From Candidatus Hermodarchaeota archaeon (lineage in GTDB: Archaea > Asgardarchaeota > Hermodarchaeia > Hermodarchaeales > Hermodarchaeaceae): a stretch of 64,000 nt of DNA. How positions within the stretch are numbered: position 1 is the stretch's first letter; each line of letters opens with the position of its first letter. The stretch spans positions 168,322 through 232,321 of the forward strand of contig JAEOTO010000031.1 in assembly GCA_016839805.1 (NCBI GenBank), given 5' to 3'. Positions 18,552 through 27,877 of the stretch are shown piece after piece. The notes below the pieces were generated by a model that made no database searches, was not told the DNA's origin, and saw only the letters and a list, made by a program, of their open reading frames with translations. The position numbers and the translations under genes are program-made.

Positions 18552-19946
18552 ATGCAGCAGCCCAAACTAGGATTAATCACCCCAAATGAGCTAGCACTAT
18601 TTCTGGATTATTATGAGTTAACGAGTACAAAAGCTGACTTCGACCATGGTAACGAGGCGGTTGTGACCCAAGAGTATTTTGTGCGACAGTTGCCCTTTGG
18701 GGGCTATTTGATTGCTGCGGGATTAGAACAGGTAATCGCGTTTATTCTGAATCTACGCTTTGAAGAGAAGGACCTGGGATGGTTGGAAGCAACTTCGGGT
18801 CCTGACTTTAAGGACGGATTTTTAGATTTTCTTATGAACTTCAAATTTAGTGGTTATATCTATGCTGTCCCTGAGGGCACGGTGGTTTTTCCCAATGAAC
18901 CCATCATCAATGTTACAGGTCCGACGCTTGAGGTACAACTCCTCGAAACGTACCTGTTGAATGTGATGAATTTTCAGTCTTTAGTCGCGACAAAGACGGT
19001 TCGGATGGTTGACATTGCCGAGCATCGAACCATCGTTGATTTTGGGGCTCGGCGTGCTCATGGTCGCGATGCAGCTGTGCTTGCTGCTAGGGCGGCGTAT
19101 CTTGCAGGGGCGACTGGAACCTCGTTGGTTCTGGCGGGAAAAATGTGGGGGATACCATACATTGGCACGATGCCCCATGCTTTCATCATGAATCGACCCA
19201 ATGAACTTCAGGCATTTCGTGAATATGCAGAATCGTTTCCCCATAATGCCATACTCTTAGTAGATACCTACGATTCGATTGAAGGAGTAAATAACGCCAT
19301 CATAATCGGGAAAGAACTTCGAGAAAGGGGACACCGATTGCAGGGTATCCGATTAGATAGTGGTGATCTGGTATCCCTTAGCAAGAAATCCCGTGAAATT
19401 CTGGATAAAGCCGGTTTTGAAGATGTTAAAATCTTCGTGAGTAGTGACCTCGATGAATATCGAATTGAAGAAATTATTCGGGAGGGCGCTCCCATTGATG
19501 GATTTGGTGTAGGTACACGCCTTGTCACCGGAGCGAATTTCAACTCCATTACTCGAGAAGGTGGTCCATCAGCCTTGCCGGGTGTCTATAAGCTAGTTGA
19601 AAGAATTGGCAAAGATGGCCATCCTATTCCTAAAACTAAGTTAAGCACCGATAAAGTTCTTCTTCCTTATCGCAAACAAGTGCATCGACATTCTGACGAG
19701 GACGGTAATTTCCATCGTGATACTGTGTCCCGGTGGGATGAACCAATCGCCGACGCAGAACCGCTACTCATTCCCATTATCGAGAAAGGTCGTACGGTAT
19801 ACGGCTTTCCCGATCTGGAAGAGAGTAGAAAATACTGTCAGAGCCAACTTACACGTCTACCAAAACCGTATCGTCTTCTTGCTGATACTCCCATCTATCC
19901 CGTGAAACTAAGCCCTCAATTAGAAAAAGTCAGTAAGGTAGCCTAA
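18552..19946 (+). CDS. pncB: Nicotinate phosphoribosyltransferase
   Basis: DYYELT, DFGARRAHG, GTMPHAF, LVDTYD, IRLDSGD, GFGVGT, VYKLV; ORF extends up to 18510. Confidence 0.93.
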   Translation: MQQPKLGLITPNELALFLDYYELTSTKADFDHGNEAVVTQEYFVRQLPFGGYLIAAGLEQVIAFILNLRFEEKDLGWLEATSGPDFKDGFLDFLMNFKFSGYIYAVPEGTVVFPNEPIINVTGPTLEVQLLETYLLNVMNFQSLVATKTVRMVDIAEHRTIVDFGARRAHGRDAAVLAARAAYLAGATGTSLVLAGKMWGIPYIGTMPHAFIMNRPNELQAFREYAESFPHNAILLVDTYDSIEGVNNAIIIGKELRERGHRLQGIRLDSGDLVSLSKKSREILDKAGFEDVKIFVSSDLDEYRIEEIIREGAPIDGFGVGTRLVTGANFNSITREGGPSALPGVYKLVERIGKDGHPIPKTKLSTDKVLLPYRKQVHRHSDEDGNFHRDTVSRWDEPIADAEPLLIPIIEKGRTVYGFPDLEESRKYCQSQLTRLPKPYRLLADTPIYPVKLSPQLEKVSKVA

Positions 19947-20059
19947 ACCAACAGAATTCGAGTAACTAAGACATGTCGAAAATAATTTCAAAATATTCCT
20001 TTCAGAACCCGCTCATCAACTAAGGTTGTTCAAGCAGAGTCATCGACCTTTTTTGATAT

Positions 20060-20599
20060 CTACTTCGGTAATTTCTTGAGTATGGTAGAAGCATCTGAAA
20101 GGGTTGCTCCATAATACTCCTTTAGATAGGCAAGACCAGATTCGTGATCTTCTACGGTGAAGGAATCTACGCCATCCTCCGGCACGATGATTTTGTACCC
20201 GCGGAAAAAGGCATCTGCCGCTGTATGCCGGACACAAAGGTGCGTGTGGAGTCCTGTGAGTATAACCTCTTTGACATTCCGGCTCCGGAGAATCGAGTCC
20301 AAGGGAGTCTCAAAGAAACTACTGTAAACGTGTTTTCCGACAATAATATCATCATCTTGGGGAGTAAGTTCCGGAATAACTTCTGCACCTTCAGTGCCTT
20401 CAATGGCGTGAGCACCCCATCGATGCATTTCAAAGTCAGTATCCAAATGGCTATCATTTGCAAAAATTACCGGAAGCTTGTGTTTGTGAAAACTATCGAT
20501 AAGTTTCCGTATGTGGGGGATAATCCGTTGGGCTCGATCACATTTGAGGGAGCCCGTCACAAAATCATTTAGCATATCGACAACGATTAGTGCTTTCAT
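20060..20599 (-). CDS. pncA: Isochorismatase-family cysteine hydrolase (likely nicotinamidase)
   Basis: ALIVVDMLNDF, DSH, WGAHA..GT.GAE, K..YSSF, LCVRHTAADA; convergent with pncB. Confidence 0.75.
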   Translation of the reverse strand: MKALIVVDMLNDFVTGSLKCDRAQRIIPHIRKLIDSFHKHKLPVIFANDSHLDTDFEMHRWGAHAIEGTEGAEVIPELTPQDDDIIVGKHVYSSFFETPLDSILRSRNVKEVILTGLHTHLCVRHTAADAFFRGYKIIVPEDGVDSFTVEDHESGLAYLKEYYGATLSDASTILKKLPK

Positions 20600-20760
20600 T
20601 GTACTCAACACTGTTTAGAATTCACCGCATTAAAAGACTATTGAACTAGCTACAATCTTGCCTACAACGTTTCACTTAACCATGTTAAGAAGTTCACTAC
20701 AAATATAAAGAGGAACTGTCATCGCATCCAGTAACATTCCGATTCTGGAAGTGATGATGC

Positions 20761-21255
20761 ATGGAAATTAGCAAAGAACTTCAAGATGCAATTAATGATC
20801 AAATTAACTTCGAACTTTACTCTGGTTACATTTATCTTTCCATGGCAGCGTATTTTGAATCCATTAATCTTTCAGGCATGGCCCACTGGATGAAAATCCA
20901 AGCTGGAGAAGAATATGAACACGCCATGCGGTTTTGGGACCACGTCACCGATCGTGGTGGACGTATAATTCTTACTGACATTAAAGGTCCCACAACTGAA
21001 TGGGATTCTCCCTTAGCTGCCTTTGAGAACGCTTATGAGCATGAAAAAATTGTCACCGAACGCATCTTCAAAATTGGTAAATTAGCAGAAAAGTTGGGTG
21101 ATAAATCCGCGATTCCTATGCTCAACTGGTTCTATGATGAACAGGTTGAAGAAGAGGAACAAACCCAACGTATTGCTGATTTGCTGAAGATGGTTGGCGA
21201 TCAAAAGGGTGCCTTATTCATGCTTGATGGCAAACTTGGTCAGCGTGAGAAGTAA
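20761..21255 (+). CDS. ftnA: Non-heme ferritin
   Basis: QINFELYSGYIYLSMAAYF, EEYEHAM, HEK.VT, WF.DEQVEEE. Confidence 0.93.
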   Translation: MEISKELQDAINDQINFELYSGYIYLSMAAYFESINLSGMAHWMKIQAGEEYEHAMRFWDHVTDRGGRIILTDIKGPTTEWDSPLAAFENAYEHEKIVTERIFKIGKLAEKLGDKSAIPMLNWFYDEQVEEEEQTQRIADLLKMVGDQKGALFMLDGKLGQREK

Positions 21256-21300
21256 AATTACTTAACTTCTAATGACGAAGTATTGAACAGTACAACCTTA

Positions 21301-21351
21301 GCAGTGGGTGGTATGACTCCACCCTGCTGCATTCCTTTTTCTTTTCATTTC
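21301..21351 (+). terminator. Hairpin + pyrimidine-tract terminator
   Basis: GGGTGG-tatgact-CCACCC within GCAG...CTGC, then attcctttttcttttc. Confidence 0.65.
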
Positions 21352-21477
21352 ATTGAACTCAAGTTTCGTTGTTATAGTCAACCAATGAGACGCCTAGGAC
21401 AATAGTAACTAATTATAAGGCAAATAAACAAATTCACCAACACCGAATTCCCTACACAATCAATGGGAGGTATGTAT

Positions 21478-21978
21478 ATGGGAACTAAAGGTCGCGAAAT
21501 CGTCAAAGCAGACATTAAAGAACTCCTTGAATTACTCAACAAGGCATTGGCTGACGAATGGCTAGCCTATTATCAATATTGGATCGGATCGAAGATTGTA
21601 GTTGGACCCATGCGCGATTTGGTTGCAAGTGAACTTGAGGAACACGCCAATGAAGAACTTGAACATGCAGGCATGTTAGTCGATCGAATCATCCAGTTGG
21701 GTGGCACTCCAATCCTTAATCCATCGGAGTGGCAATCAAAAACCAATTGTGATTATGAAGCTCCCACAGATCCCTTCGTGATACCAATCCTGAAACAGAA
21801 CATCAAAGGCGAACAGTGTGCTATTGACGTCTACAATAAAATTGCTGAGAAAGTTAAGGGTAAAGATCCCATAACCCTTCATATTGTCTATAAAATCATG
21901 GCAGATGAAGTGGAACACGAAGAAGATCTTGAAGCGATTATGGATGATCTCGAAGCGATGAAAAAACACTTCAAATAG
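21478..21978 (+). CDS. Ferritin-like DPS-like (DPSL) protein
   Basis: LNKALADEWLAYYQYW, EELEHA, RIIQLGG, GEQCAI, DEVEHEEDL; GGAGG SD. Confidence 0.88.
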   Translation: MGTKGREIVKADIKELLELLNKALADEWLAYYQYWIGSKIVVGPMRDLVASELEEHANEELEHAGMLVDRIIQLGGTPILNPSEWQSKTNCDYEAPTDPFVIPILKQNIKGEQCAIDVYNKIAEKVKGKDPITLHIVYKIMADEVEHEEDLEAIMDDLEAMKKHFK

Positions 21979-22046
21979 AATTATATGCAAATCTACAGTT
22001 GCGAACCAGTGGACTTTGTCTGAATTGTTCGCAGAGTTTTCTCTTT

Positions 22047-22973
22047 CTAAAATCCTAATACTACTAGCCAAACGCCACTTATGGTGAGAATGGTTCCTAG
22101 GAGAATGAGAGGTGTGACTTTTTCTTTTAGAAAGAAGATGGTAAATGGGAGTGCAAAGAGTGGTGCGGTTGCGGCGATTACAGAGGTTACGGCAGCTCCG
22201 GTGAAAAAGACCGCATTGACGTAAAGGATGGAACCAATACCCATTCCGAAAAATCCCGCAATTACCACATATTTAGTTGCACGTTTTGTGGGCATTAGCA
22301 TTCCCCGCTGTCGGGCTAAGAAAAAGAAAGGAAGAAGAAAGAAGGACCCAATGAGAATTCGGATGAGATTTGCATCAATTGGATCAGCACCGACTAAACC
22401 AATTTGGAGTATCACGGTCGCCGTGGCCCAACTGAACGCGGCGAGGATAGCTAGTGTAATCCCGAGTATATCCCACTTTATGGATGTTTGATCTTCAGTT
22501 TGTTGTGATATAGTGTTTTCTTGTTGTGCCTGTTCCCGAGTGATGATACTGATTCCAAGTATGGCAAGGATGACTCCGGCGAATCGGGTGATGAGAAGGG
22601 GTTCGTTGAGAAAAAGGATGGAGAAGAAGTATGTGATGATGGGGAATGTCATAGCAATGGGAAACGCCCGAGATACGCCAATCCGAGACTGGCTCGTTAA
22701 ATACATAAGGTCGCCAATACCCGCCCCCAAAATAATGGAGGCAGCTAAAAAGGGAACGGAGGAAAAGGGAACGGTGAATCCCGTTGGGTAAAGGAGTAGA
22801 AGAACTACAAGGGCGATGACAGGAAGCGCAATCCACATCTTGAAAGCATTGATGGCGATTGGTTGGATTTCCGCACTCTGCGATTTGTAAACAACGTTTG
22901 AAATTCCGAAGAGGACAGCACCGAGAAGCCCCATGAAAACTCCAGTGAGAAAAAGCTCGGGGGGAACCACCAT
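22047..22973 (-). CDS. DMT/EamA transporter
   Basis: Ten TM helices in two EamA repeats (FLNEPL, FLKEKV). Confidence 0.88.
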   Translation of the reverse strand: MVVPPELFLTGVFMGLLGAVLFGISNVVYKSQSAEIQPIAINAFKMWIALPVIALVVLLLLYPTGFTVPFSSVPFLAASIILGAGIGDLMYLTSQSRIGVSRAFPIAMTFPIITYFFSILFLNEPLLITRFAGVILAILGISIITREQAQQENTISQQTEDQTSIKWDILGITLAILAAFSWATATVILQIGLVGADPIDANLIRILIGSFFLLPFFFLARQRGMLMPTKRATKYVVIAGFFGMGIGSILYVNAVFFTGAAVTSVIAATAPLFALPFTIFFLKEKVTPLILLGTILTISGVWLVVLGF

Positions 22974-23115
22974 TATTAATCACCTATAATCCAGAATTTA
23001 TTCAAACGTAGAGCCTCTAATGTATAGTTTTCGTCTAAAAACGTTGCAGAGTGGGAAGTTTTTTGAAGAGGATGTGAACAAGTGGGGTACACTTTGGACA
23101 CGGAGGCAACATCTC

Positions 23116-23673
23116 ATGTATCCAATCGACATCCTTCTTGATGAACATAAGTTGGTTGAACGCGTCTTTGCCATAATTGAGAAAGTCCGTGATAAACTCG
23201 AAGATAAAGAAGAAGTCCCAGCCACTATTTTTTGGAAACTTGTTGATTTTATCAGAGGTTACGCTGACGTTATCCACCATAGCAAAGAAGAGGATATTTT
23301 CTTCGAGCAGATGCGTGAACACGACACCGATCTCTCCGATGAAGTTCAGGATAATATCGCTGTTCTCATCGAAGAGCACATTGAAGCCTTGGACCTTGCG
23401 AATGAAATGCATAAAGGAATTCGCGCTTATCGTCGTGGAGCTCCAGAAGCACGGGATAAAATTCTCAAATCAGTTGATGGCTATCTGAAAATCATGAAAC
23501 CTCACTTCGAAATGGAAGAAGAGGACGTCTTCCCTGCAATGGTTGGCGTGCTTAGCAAGGAAGAAAAAACCAAAATGAAAGCTGATTTTTCCCGATTCGA
23601 CGATATACTAGGTGGGAAAGAAGTTCATAAACGATATCACAAACTCGTAGAGGAACTTGAAAAAGAGCTCTAA
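23116..23673 (+). CDS. Hemerythrin (HHE) domain protein
   Basis: LLDEH, HHSKEEDIFF, EEH, HFEMEEEDVFP; GGAGG SD before ATG 23116. Confidence 0.88.
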   Translation: MYPIDILLDEHKLVERVFAIIEKVRDKLEDKEEVPATIFWKLVDFIRGYADVIHHSKEEDIFFEQMREHDTDLSDEVQDNIAVLIEEHIEALDLANEMHKGIRAYRRGAPEARDKILKSVDGYLKIMKPHFEMEEEDVFPAMVGVLSKEEKTKMKADFSRFDDILGGKEVHKRYHKLVEELEKEL

Positions 23674-23828
23674 GCTTATTTATTGATTTTCTCATGCAAG
23701 TGAGAATTAACAGAAATCTAAGAAAACTTATGTGATAGTCTATTACATTTTAGGTTCCTTCTAAAGTAGGACTAGCAGTAGATTTATGTAACAAAACAAG
23801 AACTTTACAGCGTTAAGGATTTGGTTGA

Positions 23829-24215
23829 ATGGCTGAAATAGTGCAAGAAGAGGTATTCAAAGCAATTTTTGAATCAATGCCTGCAGAAGTCTCCTTCGTC
23901 GATAAGGAGGATAAGGTAGCGTTTTTCAATAAAGGGATGAATCGCATTTTTCCTCGTCCTGAAGGCATCATCGGTCGTCCCGTCCAAAAATGTCACCCAT
24001 CGAAAAGTCTGCATGTTGTCGAGCAAATTCTTCAAGATTTCAAAGATGGCAAGCGTGATGTTGCTGAATTTTGGATTGATCACAAAGATCGGAAAATATT
24101 AATCCGATATTTCCCAGTGCACAACACAGATGGTCAATATTTAGGGACACTTGAATTTACTATTGACATTACTGACATTCAAAGGATTACTGGAGAAAAA
24201 CGTCTCCTTGATTAG
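23829..24215 (+). CDS. Stand-alone PAS (PAS_10-like) domain protein
   Basis: SFVDKEDKVAFFN, RIFPR..IIGRPVQKCHP.KS, AEFWI, IRYFPV...G.YLGTLE. Confidence 0.85.
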   Translation: MAEIVQEEVFKAIFESMPAEVSFVDKEDKVAFFNKGMNRIFPRPEGIIGRPVQKCHPSKSLHVVEQILQDFKDGKRDVAEFWIDHKDRKILIRYFPVHNTDGQYLGTLEFTIDITDIQRITGEKRLLD

Positions 24216-24331
24216 AATCCACTCACTTCTTTGTAATCATCTCTTTGTCTTCGATTCTTTCGTAGAAAGAATATGACGGAAATCTTTTTCGACTACACTG
24301 CAGTAAGTAGGGCAACAACGTTTCTAAGACG

Positions 24332-24940
24332 GTGAAAAAATTGCATGAAAGCCCAGAGAGAAAAAACTCATTTAACTGGGATCGAGTATTCGGCGGAATT
24401 GCATCAGTGACCTTTGCTTTACAGCTGATTTCTTTGCTTATTCTGTTTGTAGCCGGTGTCATCTTTTTACTTATGCTAAGTGGCATCTGGGGCATTCTTG
24501 TTGCTAATGAGGACATCTTCATCTTTGTTCTACTCCTTGGAGGCGGGTTTGCTTTCCTTGTTTTCGTTTGGCTAATTGGTGTATTTCTTCGATTCCATCG
24601 ACGAGTTAGAAGGTTCCTTGTAGGCGGTGGTGTCGGTGATATTGATGCTGATGATTCCGCTTCAAAAACAATTCTCACAATGTTTGGTATTGCAATACTG
24701 TTCGTGTTGGTGGCGGGCATTTATGGATATTACTTACTGTGGAAATATATCCTAAATTCCTGGGGAATTGCATGGTTGACCTCTCTCGGAGTCACTGGGA
24801 TTTTCTTCTATGAATTCGGACTCTTCATTGTATGGATAGCAATCGGTATCCTAATCATCACTTTCATAATGCAGATTCTAACTGCAGCAATAAATCGGTA
24901 TGCACGGGGTTTAGTCGAAGCCGTCGACGAAGCACAGTAA
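24332..24940 (+). CDS. Hypothetical membrane protein
   Basis: Four to five hydrophobic helices. Confidence 0.65.
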   Translation: MKKLHESPERKNSFNWDRVFGGIASVTFALQLISLLILFVAGVIFLLMLSGIWGILVANEDIFIFVLLLGGGFAFLVFVWLIGVFLRFHRRVRRFLVGGGVGDIDADDSASKTILTMFGIAILFVLVAGIYGYYLLWKYILNSWGIAWLTSLGVTGIFFYEFGLFIVWIAIGILIITFIMQILTAAINRYARGLVEAVDEAQ

Positions 24941-25008
24941 AATTCCTGCGTAGCTTGATTACTGTTTGAGGCGTCACAGTCTAATAGTTCCTCAATACAG
25001 CATGTTGT

Positions 25009-25776
25009 ATGAACAACCACCTACTCAGTCAATGGGAGGCAAATGCAGGGGCCTTTGCCCAATTAATCAACGGAAAGGGTACACCACATCATCGTAAAAT
25101 TCTAAACCCATGTATTAATCGCCTCATGGGAGATGTAAAAGGAAAGAAAATCCTGGATGCTGGTTGTGGAGAAGGCTATCTATCACGGGTTTATACAGAA
25201 AAAGGTGCAAATGTTGTTGGTGTGGACTTCTCTCCCAAATTGATTGCTTTAAGTCAGAAGAAATTCGCGGACCTAGATATCGAGTTTTTGGTTGCAGACA
25301 TTTGTCAGCTAGATCCCCTGAAAGATAATCAGTTTGATATTGTCCTTTGTAATTTAGTATTGCTCAATATTGAATGTTTAGACAAGAGCCTCCAAGAGTT
25401 TTACCGAGTTCTGCGTCCAGGAGGCTTTCTCATCTTTTCAGTCGTCCATCCTGCATTCAATGTATATGGACCAGGTCGTTGGGAATTAGGTGAAAAAATC
25501 AAAAACACCGGACGTCGAAAAGGCCAGTATTTCGTCATTGACCAATATTTCACTGAAAAAGAGTTTCAGGTTCTTTGGAAGAGTCGAAAAGGAGATGGTT
25601 TTCCGCAAAAGTTTAGTTTCTTTCATCGAACCATTAGTACTTACGTGAATCAAGTCATTGACACCGGTTTCCGTCTCACGATATTAAAAGAACCCCTTCC
25701 GATAATGGATGCCAAATTTTTTGATCGAGAACGTCGGATTCCTTTCTTTCTTGTAGTCAAAGCTGAAAAACCCTAA
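25009..25776 (+). CDS. Class I SAM-dependent methyltransferase
   Basis: ILDAGCGEG, GVDFS, RVLRPGG, HPAF, FHRTISTY. Confidence 0.9.
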   Translation: MNNHLLSQWEANAGAFAQLINGKGTPHHRKILNPCINRLMGDVKGKKILDAGCGEGYLSRVYTEKGANVVGVDFSPKLIALSQKKFADLDIEFLVADICQLDPLKDNQFDIVLCNLVLLNIECLDKSLQEFYRVLRPGGFLIFSVVHPAFNVYGPGRWELGEKIKNTGRRKGQYFVIDQYFTEKEFQVLWKSRKGDGFPQKFSFFHRTISTYVNQVIDTGFRLTILKEPLPIMDAKFFDRERRIPFFLVVKAEKP

Positions 25777-25796
25777 TCGTAAGGTTGCCTTCAATA

Positions 25797-26360
25797 TCAT
25801 TTGGTTTTGGTGAAATCCAGTTGGAAGTGTTGTGGTAAGAGGAGTGAAACTTCAGTAAAGGCTTCAGGTCTTTTAAGAAGGCGAGAGATAAAGCGTGTGA
25901 AGAGCCGAGAATCTTCCGCACAGGCTACTGCAAAACCTACGGGGGACACACCCACAACAAGGAAGCGTTGTGACAGGTTCAGAATTGAACCAGTTTCTTC
26001 GTTTTTTTGGTCATCGAGTTCGTCTAATTGAAGTGTCACATCTTCAGCAAGAAGGAGTACTCCTGCGGAAAGCCCTCGCGGATAACTCTTAGTCAACAAT
26101 GCAAAAAGGGGCGAATCCAGTGGAAGCACTTGGTTTTGGGGAGTGCGAACTTCTTCGATTACCGTCTTAATTAACCAGGTTTCATGGAGTTGAATTTGGT
26201 CTAATAGCTCAGTAATGAAGGTTTCACCAACTACGAATCTGCTTGATTGGAAAAGGGATTCCGTATCCTGAAAATCAAGTGCAACGCGGATATCCTCTTC
26301 TTCTGCTTTTCCACAGACGATTACGATCCATGCGTTATTAGCTTCCACGTATATCAACAA
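25797..26360 (-). CDS. Hypothetical protein
   Basis: 187-aa ORF filling the gap; no motif recognised; start uncertain. Confidence 0.55.
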   Translation of the reverse strand: MLIYVEANNAWIVIVCGKAEEEDIRVALDFQDTESLFQSSRFVVGETFITELLDQIQLHETWLIKTVIEEVRTPQNQVLPLDSPLFALLTKSYPRGLSAGVLLLAEDVTLQLDELDDQKNEETGSILNLSQRFLVVGVSPVGFAVACAEDSRLFTRFISRLLKRPEAFTEVSLLLPQHFQLDFTKTK

Positions 26361-26493
26361 ATTTCTTTTTTGCTTTTTACGATTATGATGATAGACGGGA
26401 AAAGAAAAAACTCTTTGGACTTTAAGGGCACAAGTGTAGATTCATTGATTTCAAGCAAAAACTCATGGTTAGCTTGAGTTCTGAAGAAGGATT

Positions 26494-27291
26494 GTGATTG
26501 TCATCACGAAAATCAATGGCGTAGATATTCAATTGTATGTGTTACAGGAAGGACAAGGACTTTCCGTTGTATTTATCCATGGCTGGGCTGCATCCCATCG
26601 GTTCTGGAAATATCAAATTCCTCACTTTAAACTAAAATATCAGGTAACAGCCTATGACCTCCGTGGACATGGTGAATCAGATAAACCCAGTACAGGATAC
26701 ACGGTTAATGACCATGTCAATGATCTCGAATTGCTTTTAGAAGACTTGAGCATTGAAAATACTGTGCTTATCGGTCACTCCTTGGGAGGTATGATAGCAC
26801 TTGCATATGCATTGAAAGCACCGCATAATCTCCGTGGACTGGTAATAGTGGGAGCTAGTGCCCGTCCAGTTCCATCTCGTAAACGCAGCTTCCAGTTTAC
26901 CTTCTTAGCATGGTTAATTCGTATGTCAAGAACCAGAGCTTCGAAATTCACCCAAAAGGAAATCTTTGCTCCTGATGTGGATCCTGAACTCGTTGACTGG
27001 GTTAATAACGAATCCCTGCGAACACCGACCCATGTGATTCTTCAGATTCTAAAATCAGTGAAAAAATTTGATGTGATGAACCGACTCCAGGAAATCAAAG
27101 TGCCCACTGCTCTTGTAACTGGTGAATATGACACAGTCGTCGACTCCTCTGATCTTAAAGAGATGCAGGGACGATTATCCGCTTCTAAGCAGTTGATTAT
27201 TGATAATGCGGGACACAATTGTATCCTGGAACAGCCTAGCCTGTTCAATTCTAAGCTAGAACACTTTCTCCAGAACTTCGACTCGCCCTAA
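26494..27291 (+). CDS. Alpha/beta hydrolase
   Basis: VFIHGW, DLRGHGES, GHSLGG, GEYD, AGH. Confidence 0.9.
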   Translation: MIVITKINGVDIQLYVLQEGQGLSVVFIHGWAASHRFWKYQIPHFKLKYQVTAYDLRGHGESDKPSTGYTVNDHVNDLELLLEDLSIENTVLIGHSLGGMIALAYALKAPHNLRGLVIVGASARPVPSRKRSFQFTFLAWLIRMSRTRASKFTQKEIFAPDVDPELVDWVNNESLRTPTHVILQILKSVKKFDVMNRLQEIKVPTALVTGEYDTVVDSSDLKEMQGRLSASKQLIIDNAGHNCILEQPSLFNSKLEHFLQNFDSP

Positions 27292-27316
27292 TGGAATGAG
27301 GAGAAATGATTGGGTT

Positions 27317-27721
27317 TTAAGCTGTGATGAAGGGGGCGCCACGTGCATAGACTGTAACTGTTCCTTCTAGTTCACCAAGAGCACAGGTAACGGTGATGAC
27401 ATATGAACCACTAAGATCTAGCCACGGACTAGTTACCGTAGTTGTTGTTGTGTCAATACTTCCATGCGCACGTATTAGATTGTTTGAAGCGTCTCGGATT
27501 TCATATCCCCAAATAGCTGTAACTGATGTCAGGCTAATGGTGACCTGGATCTGACTGTTGGGCCATCCAATCACTCCGGAAATATCAGTTTGAGAGATTA
27601 TTCCTGAGAGGTTTACAGCCTGTGATTGGAGGGGGAAAGGGTATGCTAGTCCAAGATAGATGCCGGCTGAGATGATGACAACTGCTACAATTGCACCTGC
27701 GATTTTTACTGCTTTTCCCAT
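27317..27721 (-). CDS. Small membrane-anchored beta-rich protein
   Basis: MGKAVKIAGAIVAVVIISAG N-terminal TM helix, then beta-strand-rich domain. Confidence 0.6.
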   Translation of the reverse strand: MGKAVKIAGAIVAVVIISAGIYLGLAYPFPLQSQAVNLSGIISQTDISGVIGWPNSQIQVTISLTSVTAIWGYEIRDASNNLIRAHGSIDTTTTTVTSPWLDLSGSYVITVTCALGELEGTVTVYARGAPFITA

Positions 27722-27877
27722 ATTAGAAGCACCTTGTAATTGCTTTCTTTGCGTTGTTGGTCTATTTAGGCTTCTAGTGTTGACCAATGAATGCCGCTTA
27801 ATACAGAAGTGGAATATAATATAGGTTGAAAACGGCATGGGCAATAAACACATCACTCAAGTCTGGAGTCTTCGAAA

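Noticed and set aside
25009-25776. N-methyl-bacillithiol methyltransferase NmbA
   Set aside because: Generic class I methyltransferase, not linked to the bsh genes
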